A DNA stretch of 64,000 nt from the NCBI RefSeq assembly GCF_902652985.1, contig NC_047028.1:17422001-17486000 (forward strand). The letters are read 5' to 3'. Shown in pieces: positions 13,841-24,900 of this stretch. Position 1 is the stretch's first letter. Each line of letters opens with the position of its first letter. This stretch comes from Pecten maximus (Eukaryota). The notes under the pieces were generated by a model. That model did not search any database, was not told the DNA's origin, and worked only from the letters and a program-made list of their open reading frames with translations. Both the position numbers and the translations under genes were made by a program.

Positions 13841-14493
13841 CATTATAATATAAAGATTATTTTCATTTTCATCCCATGTAATAGGACAATCTCCTCAAAG
13901 CATTTTCATGGACTTTTGCATCAATTGTAGAACAGAACAAACATCTTAACTGACAAGTGCAATTCGAATGCCAGCTGAATTAGGCCTACCTTTCCAAATA
14001 TGCAAGTTAGACAACTCTGAAGCCCACAATAAACTGATATAGGGCATATCTGGGAATTTCATATTTTCAATGAATTGACAAACTGATTTAATTCTGAATT
14101 GTCTCTGCATTGGTCTTCCTAAGTCGTGGCTATCTACATGTTATATGACAACCTCGCGACTTTACACGACAGTGTTGTCAGTGGGAGATGATTTTACCGG
14201 AAACAATTTAAAGGACCGGTGTGGTCCTAACTTCTGACTGTCACCGAGTCCAGATGTAAACATTGAACAAAACGATAATCTCGACTACTTTCAACCGCAG
14301 ATTTAACAGGAAAATAATTATTTTTTCAAGCTGAAATGCCACGAGGATTCAACCTGTCGAATACGAGTATTAAAACCATTAGAAAACATTATGTTTCCTG
14401 TCTTCTACGTATACTCAGGTATGGAGTAAACTACCAACGTTTTGTTTTGTCGGCGAAAACTAACCAGGTGTGCATGCCATATTGGATACTTAC

Positions 14494-14643
14494 GGCAGTC
14501 TTGATCTCTTTGTTCGTAGAAATGCGCCGGTGGAACACTTTCGCAGGTTCTGTTTCAATTTCACTCTCTGAAGAATCATCTTGATTGCCGGTATCTTTGA
14601 ATTTCACGTTCGAATGTATATCTGTTTTCCATCCAGTCGCCAT
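14494..14643 (-). CDS. DGKD: Type II diacylglycerol kinase (DGK delta/eta/kappa family), coding exon 1; rest of gene lies beyond the left edge of the window
   Basis: ATG in CAACATGG context, 50 codons MATGWKTDIHSNVKFKDTGNQDDSSESEIETEPAKVFHRRISTNKEIKTA, then a phase-0 GTAAGT donor. The motif SSESEIETEPAKVFHRRIST resembles the recalled pre-PH segment of type II DGKs (human DGKD [23 protein letters not shown]; fly DGK-eta ESESEIETEPARLFQRRMS). Invertebrates likely have one pro-orthologue of DGKD/H/K. Confidence 0.85.
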
Positions 14644-14659
14644 GTTGGATCTCCCATCA

Positions 14660-14678
14660 CCGCCACCAGAGGGCGTGG
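14660..14678 (+). promoter_or_regulatory. CTCF-like motif in the DGK 5' leader/promoter
   Basis: CCGCCACCAGAGGGCGTGG fits the core consensus CCASYAGRKGGCR, about 20 bp upstream of the DGK ATG. Confidence 0.55.
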
Positions 14679-17255
14679 TTGTCGAGCGCACCTTGGGGAG
14701 AACGTTAGCTTGCTGCTGAGCTGGATTCGCCGTGTCGTCTGCTAGCTAAGCGATGTACATCGTCTATTTTATCAAATATTGCTGGATAAAAATAGATTAA
14801 TCAGATCAAAATCGATAACTCCCCTGATTGTTTCTGTAGCATGCCATGAAGGATACAACTCTACTTAGCTTTTTACAACACAAATATTATGGCACAGAAA
14901 ATCATTCTAGAGTAGAGGATGCTAACGGCCGAGTACGTCGAACTTTCATACTCAATCTTTATGCTTTCTGTTGACAAACTACTATCATTATTAATTAATT
15001 AGGCGATGTACCATGCAGTCTGGATCTAGATCACTGACTCGACTGGAAAACTGGTGGGAAATCCAGCCGGCTGTCTATTAGGCCTAGGTCATTTATATAA
15101 TGACATCTTGTACAGAAACAACCATTGACAATTATGTAGAACTATGTTTTCAACTAAATTTCAGAGAAGACCGACAGACTCCAGGTCCTCCCTGGTGGAA
15201 TTCCCAATGAGACAATGAGTTGGACAAGTTGGACACCACGCATTCCTACTTCCATGCTTGTCGGCTTGTCGCACATGGAAATGAACAATATAGTCAGTCT
15301 CCCTAGGGAAATAGTCTGCATATCTTCATTGACTACTGGCTAACTAATACAAACTAAATTGAATGTCAACTCACTTCATCGAGGGACATATAGATCTACC
15401 ATTGGTATGGTAATCTACATTGCGTTCATAGCTATATGAATGTAACGTTGGATGCGCCGTTTTACTTTTCATTCCCATTTAGTGATATCAATAGTCGTTT
15501 AACTGATATGACTTATAAACAAAAAATGATATTACTTATCAATGTGTTCAAACGACAGAAAACTAAAGATGATCTCCTACTTTTTCTAAGTGATATCATT
15601 CAACAGTTTTGTTTAAATCCTTAACTTAAAAATTTCACGTTGAAAAGCAGTACAGAATTTAAAGAAGGTTCCTTTACTAAGATTTTTCCTTAAATTCTGT
15701 AATGCTTTCCTACGGGAAGATTTATGTAAAGGAATTTCCTTAAGTTACAGTACAGAACGTTGATGAAAGAGGGCTAAAATATGAGAGGAGATATAGACGA
15801 CTTTGTTCCTGTAAACATTCGCCATTTAGATCCGCGACTCTAGTTAAACCTACGAATACTGTCTTTGTAAACTGAAACCACACACTCTCTTAACATGTTT
15901 GTATATAAATCAATAACAAAAATTGAAATTGTGTCAACATCTTCATGTTAAATAGAAGTTGTCAGTGAAAATAGCAAATAAGTTCAAAAATACTTCATGA
16001 CCCTCCTTGGAGTATAAGAGGGAACTATTTTAACTGGTAGCATAGAGCCATATTGTTGAGAACGATCTCTTCAAAAATAAAATTCTACTGCAAAAATATG
16101 CTCTCAATGTATCTAATTTCTTAAAATACACAAAATATTGCAAAAATGCTGCATTTTAGATAATGGTGTCCTTCAATGTCCCACAATGTCCCTCAGTATC
16201 TGTGCAGTATTATATATATGTCAGTGTATGATGTAGGTAATAGTGTATATGATATCATTGTATTATATGATATAGAGTGAAAATTACATTGAATTATACT
16301 GTATGTGACCTCTTGTTGCATGCAATAGTGTGTCTGACTTTGTAAATAAAATCTTGTGATATTAACCATTCTACACGAAATAAAAATTTGCTGTATTTTA
16401 TGAAAAATTGTTGGTCTTGATGAAAATGCGTAGTCGCAACTTAGGAGTAAATCGGAGTACTTAGGAAACCGTGGCAAGTGACATGATCCTTCGTCTTTAA
16501 CATTTTGGGAACGAAACATTACGTTTAACACCAAACTAGTCACCCTGAAGATATAAATAACAGTAAAGTCTGGTTGTACATGGGTTTCTAGTCAATTTTA
16601 CAATATTCTCTAAAAATTCTTTTGTTGGTGCTAATTTGGACAACGGTGTGTTGCTTTACACAGTGGCACAAACATATCTCTCCCCCCCCCCCCCCCCCCC
16701 CCCCTTATCCGGAACATTCCGACTTTTATACTAGTGTATCAATCCTCAGACCTGTGTGTCGGTCGTCTGCACTAGTCTGGTAAGTCAATATTTATATCTA
16801 ATACGAAATTTTTGCTTAACTTCATCACATGGATTCAATAAGTTGATGATAACTTGTGAAGTTGATTGATTTCAAAATGAGAACAAGACAGAAACACAAC
16901 ACGGATAAGAATGCGCGGTTTTAACGTGAATAGAGTAATAATAATTACCAACAGGTACGAATGATGGAAACACGCATTACATGAAACGGCACTGGCATCT
17001 GTTGTCGACAAATTAGCAGCATATAGGGTTCGCTTTAGATACACATCCTATCATATTTGAAAAGTTAAAAACCTGTCAATTATCAAGGAAAAATAATAAG
17101 TTTTTAAAGTGAATACATATTCTAAGAGGAATTTTTTTTTATAGCGTTAGAAATGAAAAAAAAATCGGCTCGCGCTTATCACTAAATTACTGGACCCCCC
17201 CCCCCCCCCCCCCCCCCCCCCAACACACACTTTTTGACGACTTCCTACGCCACTG

Positions 17256-17410
17256 TTACATATTGTATTACTAAAACAATAAATATTGTCGTCAAGGTCG
17301 GTCACTTACAGTAACGGTCTGTAGTTTTACATATTGTATTACTAAAACACTAAATATTGTCGTCAAGGTCGGTCACTTACACTAACGGACTAAGTCTAAA
17401 TATTGTCGTC
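17256..17410. repeat. 71-bp tandem duplication plus partial third copy
   Basis: TTACATATTGTATTACTAAAACA.TAAATATTGTCGTCAAGGTCGGTCACTTACA twice. Confidence 0.85.
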
Positions 17411-18022
17411 CAGATTCCAATGCCAATATATTTTCCTATGGATTTGCTGCCACTGCCACCTGTGAGTAAGTTCCATATAAGTTTACTGTACGGGTTCGGT
17501 CCCTGCTGGTAGAGAGTGAGAATGGTACCTGATATCTCCATCACCACTCGTGGGAGGCGACCAAACTTTATTTCGTAACCCCCCCCCCAAAAAAACCCCA
17601 TGGTTATTTTTCAATATCAATGCAATATTCAGAACTCAAATTGCCGATGATACCAAAATTTGACGTTTACATCCAATAGATAAACAAAAAATAACAGACA
17701 AAACAAACAAAAAATGTGTCGTTTGGTATGATGGAGTTTATCTTGCTGCCGTTCCTGTGCCCTTCTTTTCCAGATCTCGAGACCCTATTCCGCTACCTTC
17801 GTAATACGAATTCAATGCATCACATACCGAAGCAAAGATTTGTGTAAAACAATAAATAGAAATGAAAAATAAAAGTTTTCGACACGAAATTCCAGATGCT
17901 TACAAGCACCGTTAAATCCTAGAAAGCCCCATCGCCACGCCAAATCTATTATTATTTGTCAACTCCCCTCCCCCTAAACATCAAATCCTGGATTCGGCCG
18001 GAAATTCCGGTGACGATCCATA

Positions 18023-19079
18023 TGGGGCGCCGTTTTACTATTTATTAACAAAACTGGATATCTATAATTCGAATTTAGGATATCCATAATTCATTTCTGG
18101 ATATCCATAATGCGAATTTAGGATATCTTAAAATGTTTTGAATTTAGGATATCCATAATTCGAATTTTGGATATCCTTAATTCATTTTTGGATATCCATA
18201 ATTCGAATTTAGGATATCCATAATTCATTTTTGGATATCCAAAATTCGAATTATGGATATCCTAAATTCCATGTATTTTTGGATATCCATAATTCGATTT
18301 TGTGATATCCAAAAATGCTCAGTGTTATCAAATTGGATTGCTCCCGGCACTACTACCGGTCAAAACCGACCCGTGTTACGAACTTGTAAATACGCGTAAT
18401 GGACCGGAAACAACGTTTACGAAATAGAATACAGCAGAGGAGTTCCAAAGGACAAACTTCCCCAGACAGTTAGGCCCTTACATACAACATTTACTAAAAG
18501 TTACTACTTAGGGTGCTCCGACAAGTCAACGGAGGAATTTGTACAAAACAGAACATGGCATACTAATGCTCTTAAAGCACTTGACACCATTCGCTCCATC
18601 TTGGATTCGCATTGATTCGTATAGTGAAGTCCGAGGACTTCCGATCCTACGAAAAAACGCGCCCGCGGGAACAGGATGTAGCAGGGAGAAATCATTAGAC
18701 AGTAAAATATTAACATTTCCCCGATTTATGGATCTCCAAAATTCGAATTATGGATATCCTAAATTCAAAGCATTTTAAGATATCCAAAATTCGATTTAAT
18801 GATATCAAGAAATGATATTTGGATATCCAAAATTCGAATTTTGGATATCCATAATTCGAATTTATGATATCTTAAAATGCTTTGAATTTAGGATATCCAT
18901 AATTCATTTTTGGATATCCATAATTCGAATTTTGGATATCCAATATTAATTTTGGATATCCAAAATTATTTAATGATATCATAAATTCGAATTTTGGATA
19001 TCCAAAAATGAATTATGGATATCCAAAATTCGAATTACGGATATCCAGTTTTGTTAATAAATAGTAAAACGGCGCCCCA
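18023..19079. mobile_element. Foldback-type MITE with long modular TIRs
   Basis: Perfect terminal IR TGGGGCGCCGTTTTACTATTTATTAACAAAACTGGATATC. Arms of ~300-360 bp are made of ~21-23-bp TTCGAATTTTGGATATCCATAA units around a ~400-bp unique core. Flanked by TA (or AT). Confidence 0.9.
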
Positions 19080-20214
19080 TAGATCGAGGTAGATTGACGA
19101 AATGACCTTTAACCAGGAACTAAAGGCGATCACGATCCCATAATTTGTGACAATAACGACATCGGCACTTGACATTAAATCAATTGACGTATTTATCTAA
19201 AATAGGCGTATCATAACACGACACGTATACTCGCCATGTCCGTGATTATTAACTCCGATTTTAGCACCATATTTGTTGGAGGACTGTCAACAAAGATGAC
19301 GTCATCAGTATTTATGATTGAAGTTACTAGGGATTGATCGGGGACAGTTTTGTACCAAAGCATCTATCCCAGTTTGAACTACAGTATATAATATTATTAC
19401 TAACGTGTTACAGACAGCTGTCCGACATTTTTCGCGCGAAACAAGTTTTCTCCTCAACAGGCTCCTAGGTAAAACGTAGGCGAATGCAATGTTGTTGTTG
19501 TTGTTGTTATTATAGCGAAAAAATAAAAATGAATATTTTAAAGAGAAACAAACAAGTTCAAAGCCAGTCGTCGTTAACGATATTTGAGTTCATTCTACCA
19601 TATTCCATTCATTTTTCATTGGAAATAAAGTAAAAATAAAACAAAACAAAAAACGAAAAGAGTCATTGCGTATTCACACTAATTGCTTATACATCCAGCA
19701 GCTGTGTAGTACAGGATCTGTCTGTCAGTAAGTCTTTATTAATAGATATCACTCTTTTAGTGATATCGCAACATCTATAAATGATAAGTCGTTTGGGTTT
19801 TTACATTATCAATTGAGATACCTCTATCTAAATATCTAGACATCTGAATGAAACTGAATGACATCGTCTTTTGTAACTTCGCATGTGATTGGATGATACA
19901 GCGGCGTATCAATTTCTTAGAGAAAAAGAGTCCGCCAATAAAAGTTGATTTTAACAGATTGCTTTGAATATATTTTATATAACGGAGTTATCTATAAACA
20001 TAAATATGTATTAACGTTATTCACGTTAATCCTTTAATAAGCCAGAATAAATATTAAAAAAGTAAAAGCTATGTCAAGCCAGTGATATCTATCTTATTAT
20101 ATGTCCCTGGGCAAGTCTAGTTGTCATTTATTTATTTAGCAATGTTGATTTATAAGATATCTTATATAAAGTTTATGAGATATTTTTTATTTAATTAAGA
20201 TATCCATATAATAT

Positions 20215-20868
20215 CTACATTTCTTGCATTTTTGCCAGTGAAATATAGAAATTTATCAAACTGATAAAACTTGTATTTTCACTGCAGCGATGAGCAGTGA
20301 AAATATAAGATTTTGCTGTGAAAATATAAGTATTGCAGTGAAAATTTTTTCGTTTTCCGTTTTTTACCAATCAGGGCGGACCTTTGTATTCACCTTGTGG
20401 AAACTTGACGATTTTTCCAATCGAAGCGGAGATAGATAAATTGGTTATTTTGCTGTTTTTCTGAAATTTTCAGACTAGATTTTGACAAAATAATCACTTG
20501 ACGTTAGCTATTCATGCACAGATTTTCCTATAACAGCAGAAAACGCTTAAATTGTGTATATCAGTCCTTTCAAAATGGCGCCGTCAAGTTGAAGTGGAGT
20601 AACGTCACAAAGAGATGACGTCATTACTGATTCCCGCACTTTTTGACACTATTAATTTTCCGATGTTTTTAATTTTGTTTTTAAGTTATGAAATGAAATA
20701 AAAAGAAAATTGAATAGTTTCCCGTTTAATATAACATATATTTCACTCGTATGACAGAATATTTCGAGTTTTTTCACTCATGCTTCGCACTCGGTGAAAA
20801 TATCAATATTCTGTCATACTCGTGAAATATATGTTATATTACACGGGAAACCATTCAATATCCTCTAT
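20215..20868. mobile_element. Non-autonomous element with 150-bp terminal hairpin (Crypton-like, tentative)
   Basis: Hairpin 20709-20859 centred on CACTCATGCTTCGCACTCGGTG, with repeated CAGTGAAAATAT at the left end. The left boundary is approximate. Confidence 0.55.
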
Positions 20869-21170
20869 ATATAATAATTAAAGTATGTCAGGTATCTTAA
20901 TTTGGTTAAGTACTGAATCAATAAATGTGACTTATATCTATTATATTGGAGAAAAAGGAATGTGACTTGCTATACGTGGCGAAATTTAAATAGATAGTGT
21001 GCACAATTCAAGTGGGTAATGCAGACATGTCTTTCGGACATCACAATACTAGTCAATATGTTCACCTGAAATGTGTTGTATACCCCTTTAACAAAATGTG
21101 ATCTTATTTTTGGAAATCGAAAATATTTTTTGACAATAAATTTATCAAATGTCGCCCACTGGTACATACC

Positions 21171-21244
21171 GGCTCCATAGCTCAGTTGGTTAGAGCGCCA
21201 GTCTAGTAAACTGGAGGTCGAGGGTTCGACTCCCTCTGGAGCCT
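21171..21244 (+). tRNA. tRNA-Thr(AGT)
   Basis: Full cloverleaf: acceptor GGCTCCA/TGGAGCC, D arm GCTC/GAGC, anticodon stem CCAGT/ACTGG with loop CT-AGT-AA, T arm GAGGG-TTCGACT-CCCTC. Followed by oligo-T Pol III terminator. Confidence 0.95.
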
Positions 21245-21245
21245 T

Positions 21246-21258
21246 CTTTTATTTTTTA
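21246..21258 (+). terminator. Pol III oligo-T terminator of the tRNA
   Basis: CTTTTATTTTTT directly after the tRNA 3' end. Confidence 0.7.
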
Positions 21259-21735
21259 TACTTTTTCATTTTTTAAAAGAACCTTTTCAGAATATCTATT
21301 ACACTGGAGAAAAAGCAACACAAAACTCATTAAAATATGCATAATTACAAAACAAAAAAAATAAAAACAGAACATTACCAACAAGTCTATCTGAGTTATT
21401 TCCCTTTAGGGGTGTCTGTGAAAAGGCTGTATTTGTCATCTGCTTTTATCTAATTTTAAAGTTTTTGTTTCTTCAACTAGCGTTTTGAAAAATAATACAC
21501 ACCATAACCTAGCCGAAAAAAAATCAATTATGATAATAAATGATATCATATTTCCGGAGAGCTAGAATCTAAGCTTAACCTTAGGTACTGTTGTAAGCTT
21601 ACTCAGTACATTCGAACAAAAATTGCAATTAATTGTTCTGATATTGCATGTCTTTGAACTGAATAGAAGTAAGTGTCAGAAAAAAAACTCAATATAAACA
21701 GAAGTATCGCAATATTTACATATAGATCTCTGTAA

Positions 21736-21875
21736 TGACGTCAGACAAGAGACCTTCAGACAGATTTCTGAAAACCTCAAAACATGAAGGCGTGGTGGTA
21801 TTAGATGAACAGAGTAGCCTCCCTTGTAACATTTACAACATTTCCAACATGGCGACGGCCAGTCCACTTCCGTGA
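21736..21875 (+). promoter_or_regulatory. DOCK proximal promoter/leader: CRE (TGACGTCA 21736-21743), YY1-like AACATGGCG, ETS-like ACTTCCG, and an 8-codon uORF (21849-21875)
   Basis: Motifs read directly from the sequence, in a locally CpG-richer region just upstream of the ATG at 21900. Confidence 0.5.
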
Positions 21876-21899
21876 CAATCTACGAGTGAAAACAGGAAT

Positions 21900-21998
21900 A
21901 TGTCGGAGAGAAAGTTCCGCCAAGGCCTCACCAAGGTTGGGGAGGCGGCTAAAATTAGGGAGAGCGTCGCCCAACAGATGAAAGAGAGTATAATCCAG
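21900..21998 (+). CDS. DOCK9: DOCK-D/Zizimin (DOCK9/10/11-like) exon 1
   Basis: MSERKFRQGLTKVGEAAKIRESVAQQMKESIIQ then CAG|GTAAGT, phase 0. Resembles the recalled DOCK11 N-terminus [29 protein letters not shown]. Confidence 0.9.
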
Positions 21999-24900
21999 GT
22001 AAGTCTTCTATTTTTTGTTCAAACTTGTAACAACAACACGGGACATCAGAACTTTTAGTCTGGCTGTCAGCGTCTTGACGGATAGATGTCAAACGTAATC
22101 ATGGATGACATAAGACTGCTACCGTCTTGTCAATCGGTACAACTCATGTCATGGCTATCGCCCATGTGGTTGTAGGCGTGCTGACGGATCATACCATCGT
22201 ATGATACTATGTAAATTACTGAAATAACATCAACATTTTAGAAAACAAACCAAGTGTGACCATATTTTCTTTTCATTGGAAACAAGTGGTATTGCTTTAA
22301 ATCCGTCACGGTGTTATAGATCCAGTTTTGTAATTTCGATAATTTCATAAATAGAAAATAAGGAGTTTAGTTGCCAACTGTCAAATGGTTATCATCTTTG
22401 TAGAATTTTCATAAACACATTTCTACTAATTTAATAAACTGAACAGTTCTAATATATGTGGTGAAGTTAGTATGATGTAAAGTGACAGTTAAGTATTGAT
22501 TCTAATTTGATTGCATATTGTTTAATAAAAGATGTATCAATTAGTAAATAAGTAATAGCTCTGAGATCTACATATTGCACAGTGTCATATCTGAGCTGAT
22601 AATAATAGACTTTATTTAAACCTGATGAGAACATATTGACATCACGTCTATGGTCAAGTCATATAAAATGTACATTATATACAACATTACAATTATAAAA
22701 TTATAAAGCATATAACATAGTTATTAAATAGGTATGATCATATTTTTTCATCTTCATTCAATTACTCTATAATCAATGATAAAAGAAAAAGTCAAAAAAG
22801 GGGTATAGCAAATATATACTTGTAAGGATTTATGATGAAGAAACAAACGCGTTACAGAAGATTTCAGCTTTGGAATTGAAATTGTTAGTTTGTCCGCATT
22901 TTCATGCCTCTTTTTGATTTCTTTTTCCCTGTTTCTTATTTTTTTTTTTGGGGGGGGGGGGGTATGCTGCAATATATAAAACAAAAATAGATATAGTCAA
23001 ATAGATAATTACAGCGTATGAAGTGTTTCTAATTTTCTGTCTTGAGAAATGTGCCTCCTTAAGATTGTTTCTGGAAAATTTGGTCCTGGCATGTATAGAA
23101 CCCAGATGAGATTCTACCAGCATGCCCGGTCTATTAGATTAGGAGATAATTGTTATATAGCATCAGCCTATACAGGTATCCAAGGTCTGGTGGTTTGAAT
23201 TATGTTTTCCGTATATATACATCATGTAGATTTTCCATTACTGCATCCACATCCTCATAAACATGTAAATATCATGGTTGTATCTGTAAAAGATAAGAAG
23301 ATATTAAATTAAAATGCACTCATTATCAAACCTCCAAAAAATGAATTAGTCAATAAAAAAATGAAATAATTGATCGCTGGTGTACACTCAGACACTCCAT
23401 GCATTTTTCAGAGACATGCTATTGGGATGATGCGTTAAACTTTAATTATGTGTAGCTATATATACATGTATATAAAGCATGGTGACATGTACAGGGGCCT
23501 ATCATGTTACGAGTAGTTGACTGTCAGTGGACACCATTGTCATATGATCCCTTATATATTTATATACTTACATGTGATATTTTAGGTTTATTTATGGCTG
23601 AAAACAGAAAATATCCTAAGAGAATTTAACAAGCTTTGTGTGTTTTTTTTATCAGTCTAGCATTAAACATTTGGGGAATCTCTATGTATGATTTACCTAA
23701 TTGAAACTCTTGTCAAATAAAGATTTGAAATACTTGAAAAAATTGGATTTAATTTCTGAAATACTTTGTAACTTCATATAATAACAGTGAAAGTGTTTCT
23801 TCTCTTAAAGAGCAAAAATCAGTTATGCATGAACTTAAATGTCAGTTAGTGATCATGTTTACAGTACCTACATGTACATGTTTAATGCCAATTGTGATGC
23901 TGATTCAAAAATGCTAGCATGGAACATGTTACCCAAAAAATTAATATCCCTTACTAGTCCTGGATAAAAACCTTCCAACTGTGTGTTCTGAACTTCTGAA
24001 GTCATCAAATGTATGCTGCTGTTTAAAAAGATCATTAAGATTATGTACAGGTAATTTTGAAAAAGTCAGAAAAACTTAACTGCAGAAGTCATTGTTACGA
24101 AGAAGACAAGTAGATGACAAAACTAAGGAAAAAAGAATTGAAGTTTGCTAATGGATGCAGTAATTATGTTCATATACTCCTTTTGATAAGGAATTATAGA
24201 AACCTGATATTTGAATACAATTGTATAGATATAGAATTTGATACAGTCATTAATCTGAAGAGGCAATCACATACTCATACAGGATGTCATTGAGATGGTG
24301 GGTATAATGTGTATGTAGCCTTCCATAGAATGAAAGTAGGAGTGCTACCAACTTGAATATTGTTTTAAAACACCATATGTTGGATACTGGTAGATGTTGT
24401 GGCAATCTGCAGTCTGAATTTTTTTCTTCTTCTATAACATTTTTGGGTCACAAAAGCCCTTAGAGAAGTCTATGCAACATTTCTGGGTATAAAAAGAAAT
24501 GCGATCATTCAGTACATACATCTCAGTGTATTTAACCTGAGAATGCTTGTGTATCAACATGAAGTTGTTGAAACAGACATACACTGTATGTTTTGGTTTT
24601 TCAGGCCAAACGTCTGGTGGCTGGTTTTGCAGTTTATTAGCTATACAAACTCACCAAGTTACCTGCTGTAACAGAAGTGTTTCCATGTGTCTCGTTATTT
24701 CATTAAAGACAATGTTATATGGAAATTGTTATGGTTCTTTTTCAAGAATATTGAAAATTATAATTGAAAAAATTTAATACATAAGTTAAGACACATGCCA
24801 TTGCCATATGTGCATGTATTTATGGTGTAAACTGATTATTACAAATTATCTTGAGTTGATCAGAACTAGGGTGGAATGGGTGTGTGTGCTTATTTATAGA

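Noticed and set aside
16661-17255. hAT-like element between CAGTGGCA and CGCCACTG
   Set aside because: The IR is only 7 bp and no TSD was found. The right end may be a TE terminus but the pairing is unsupported.
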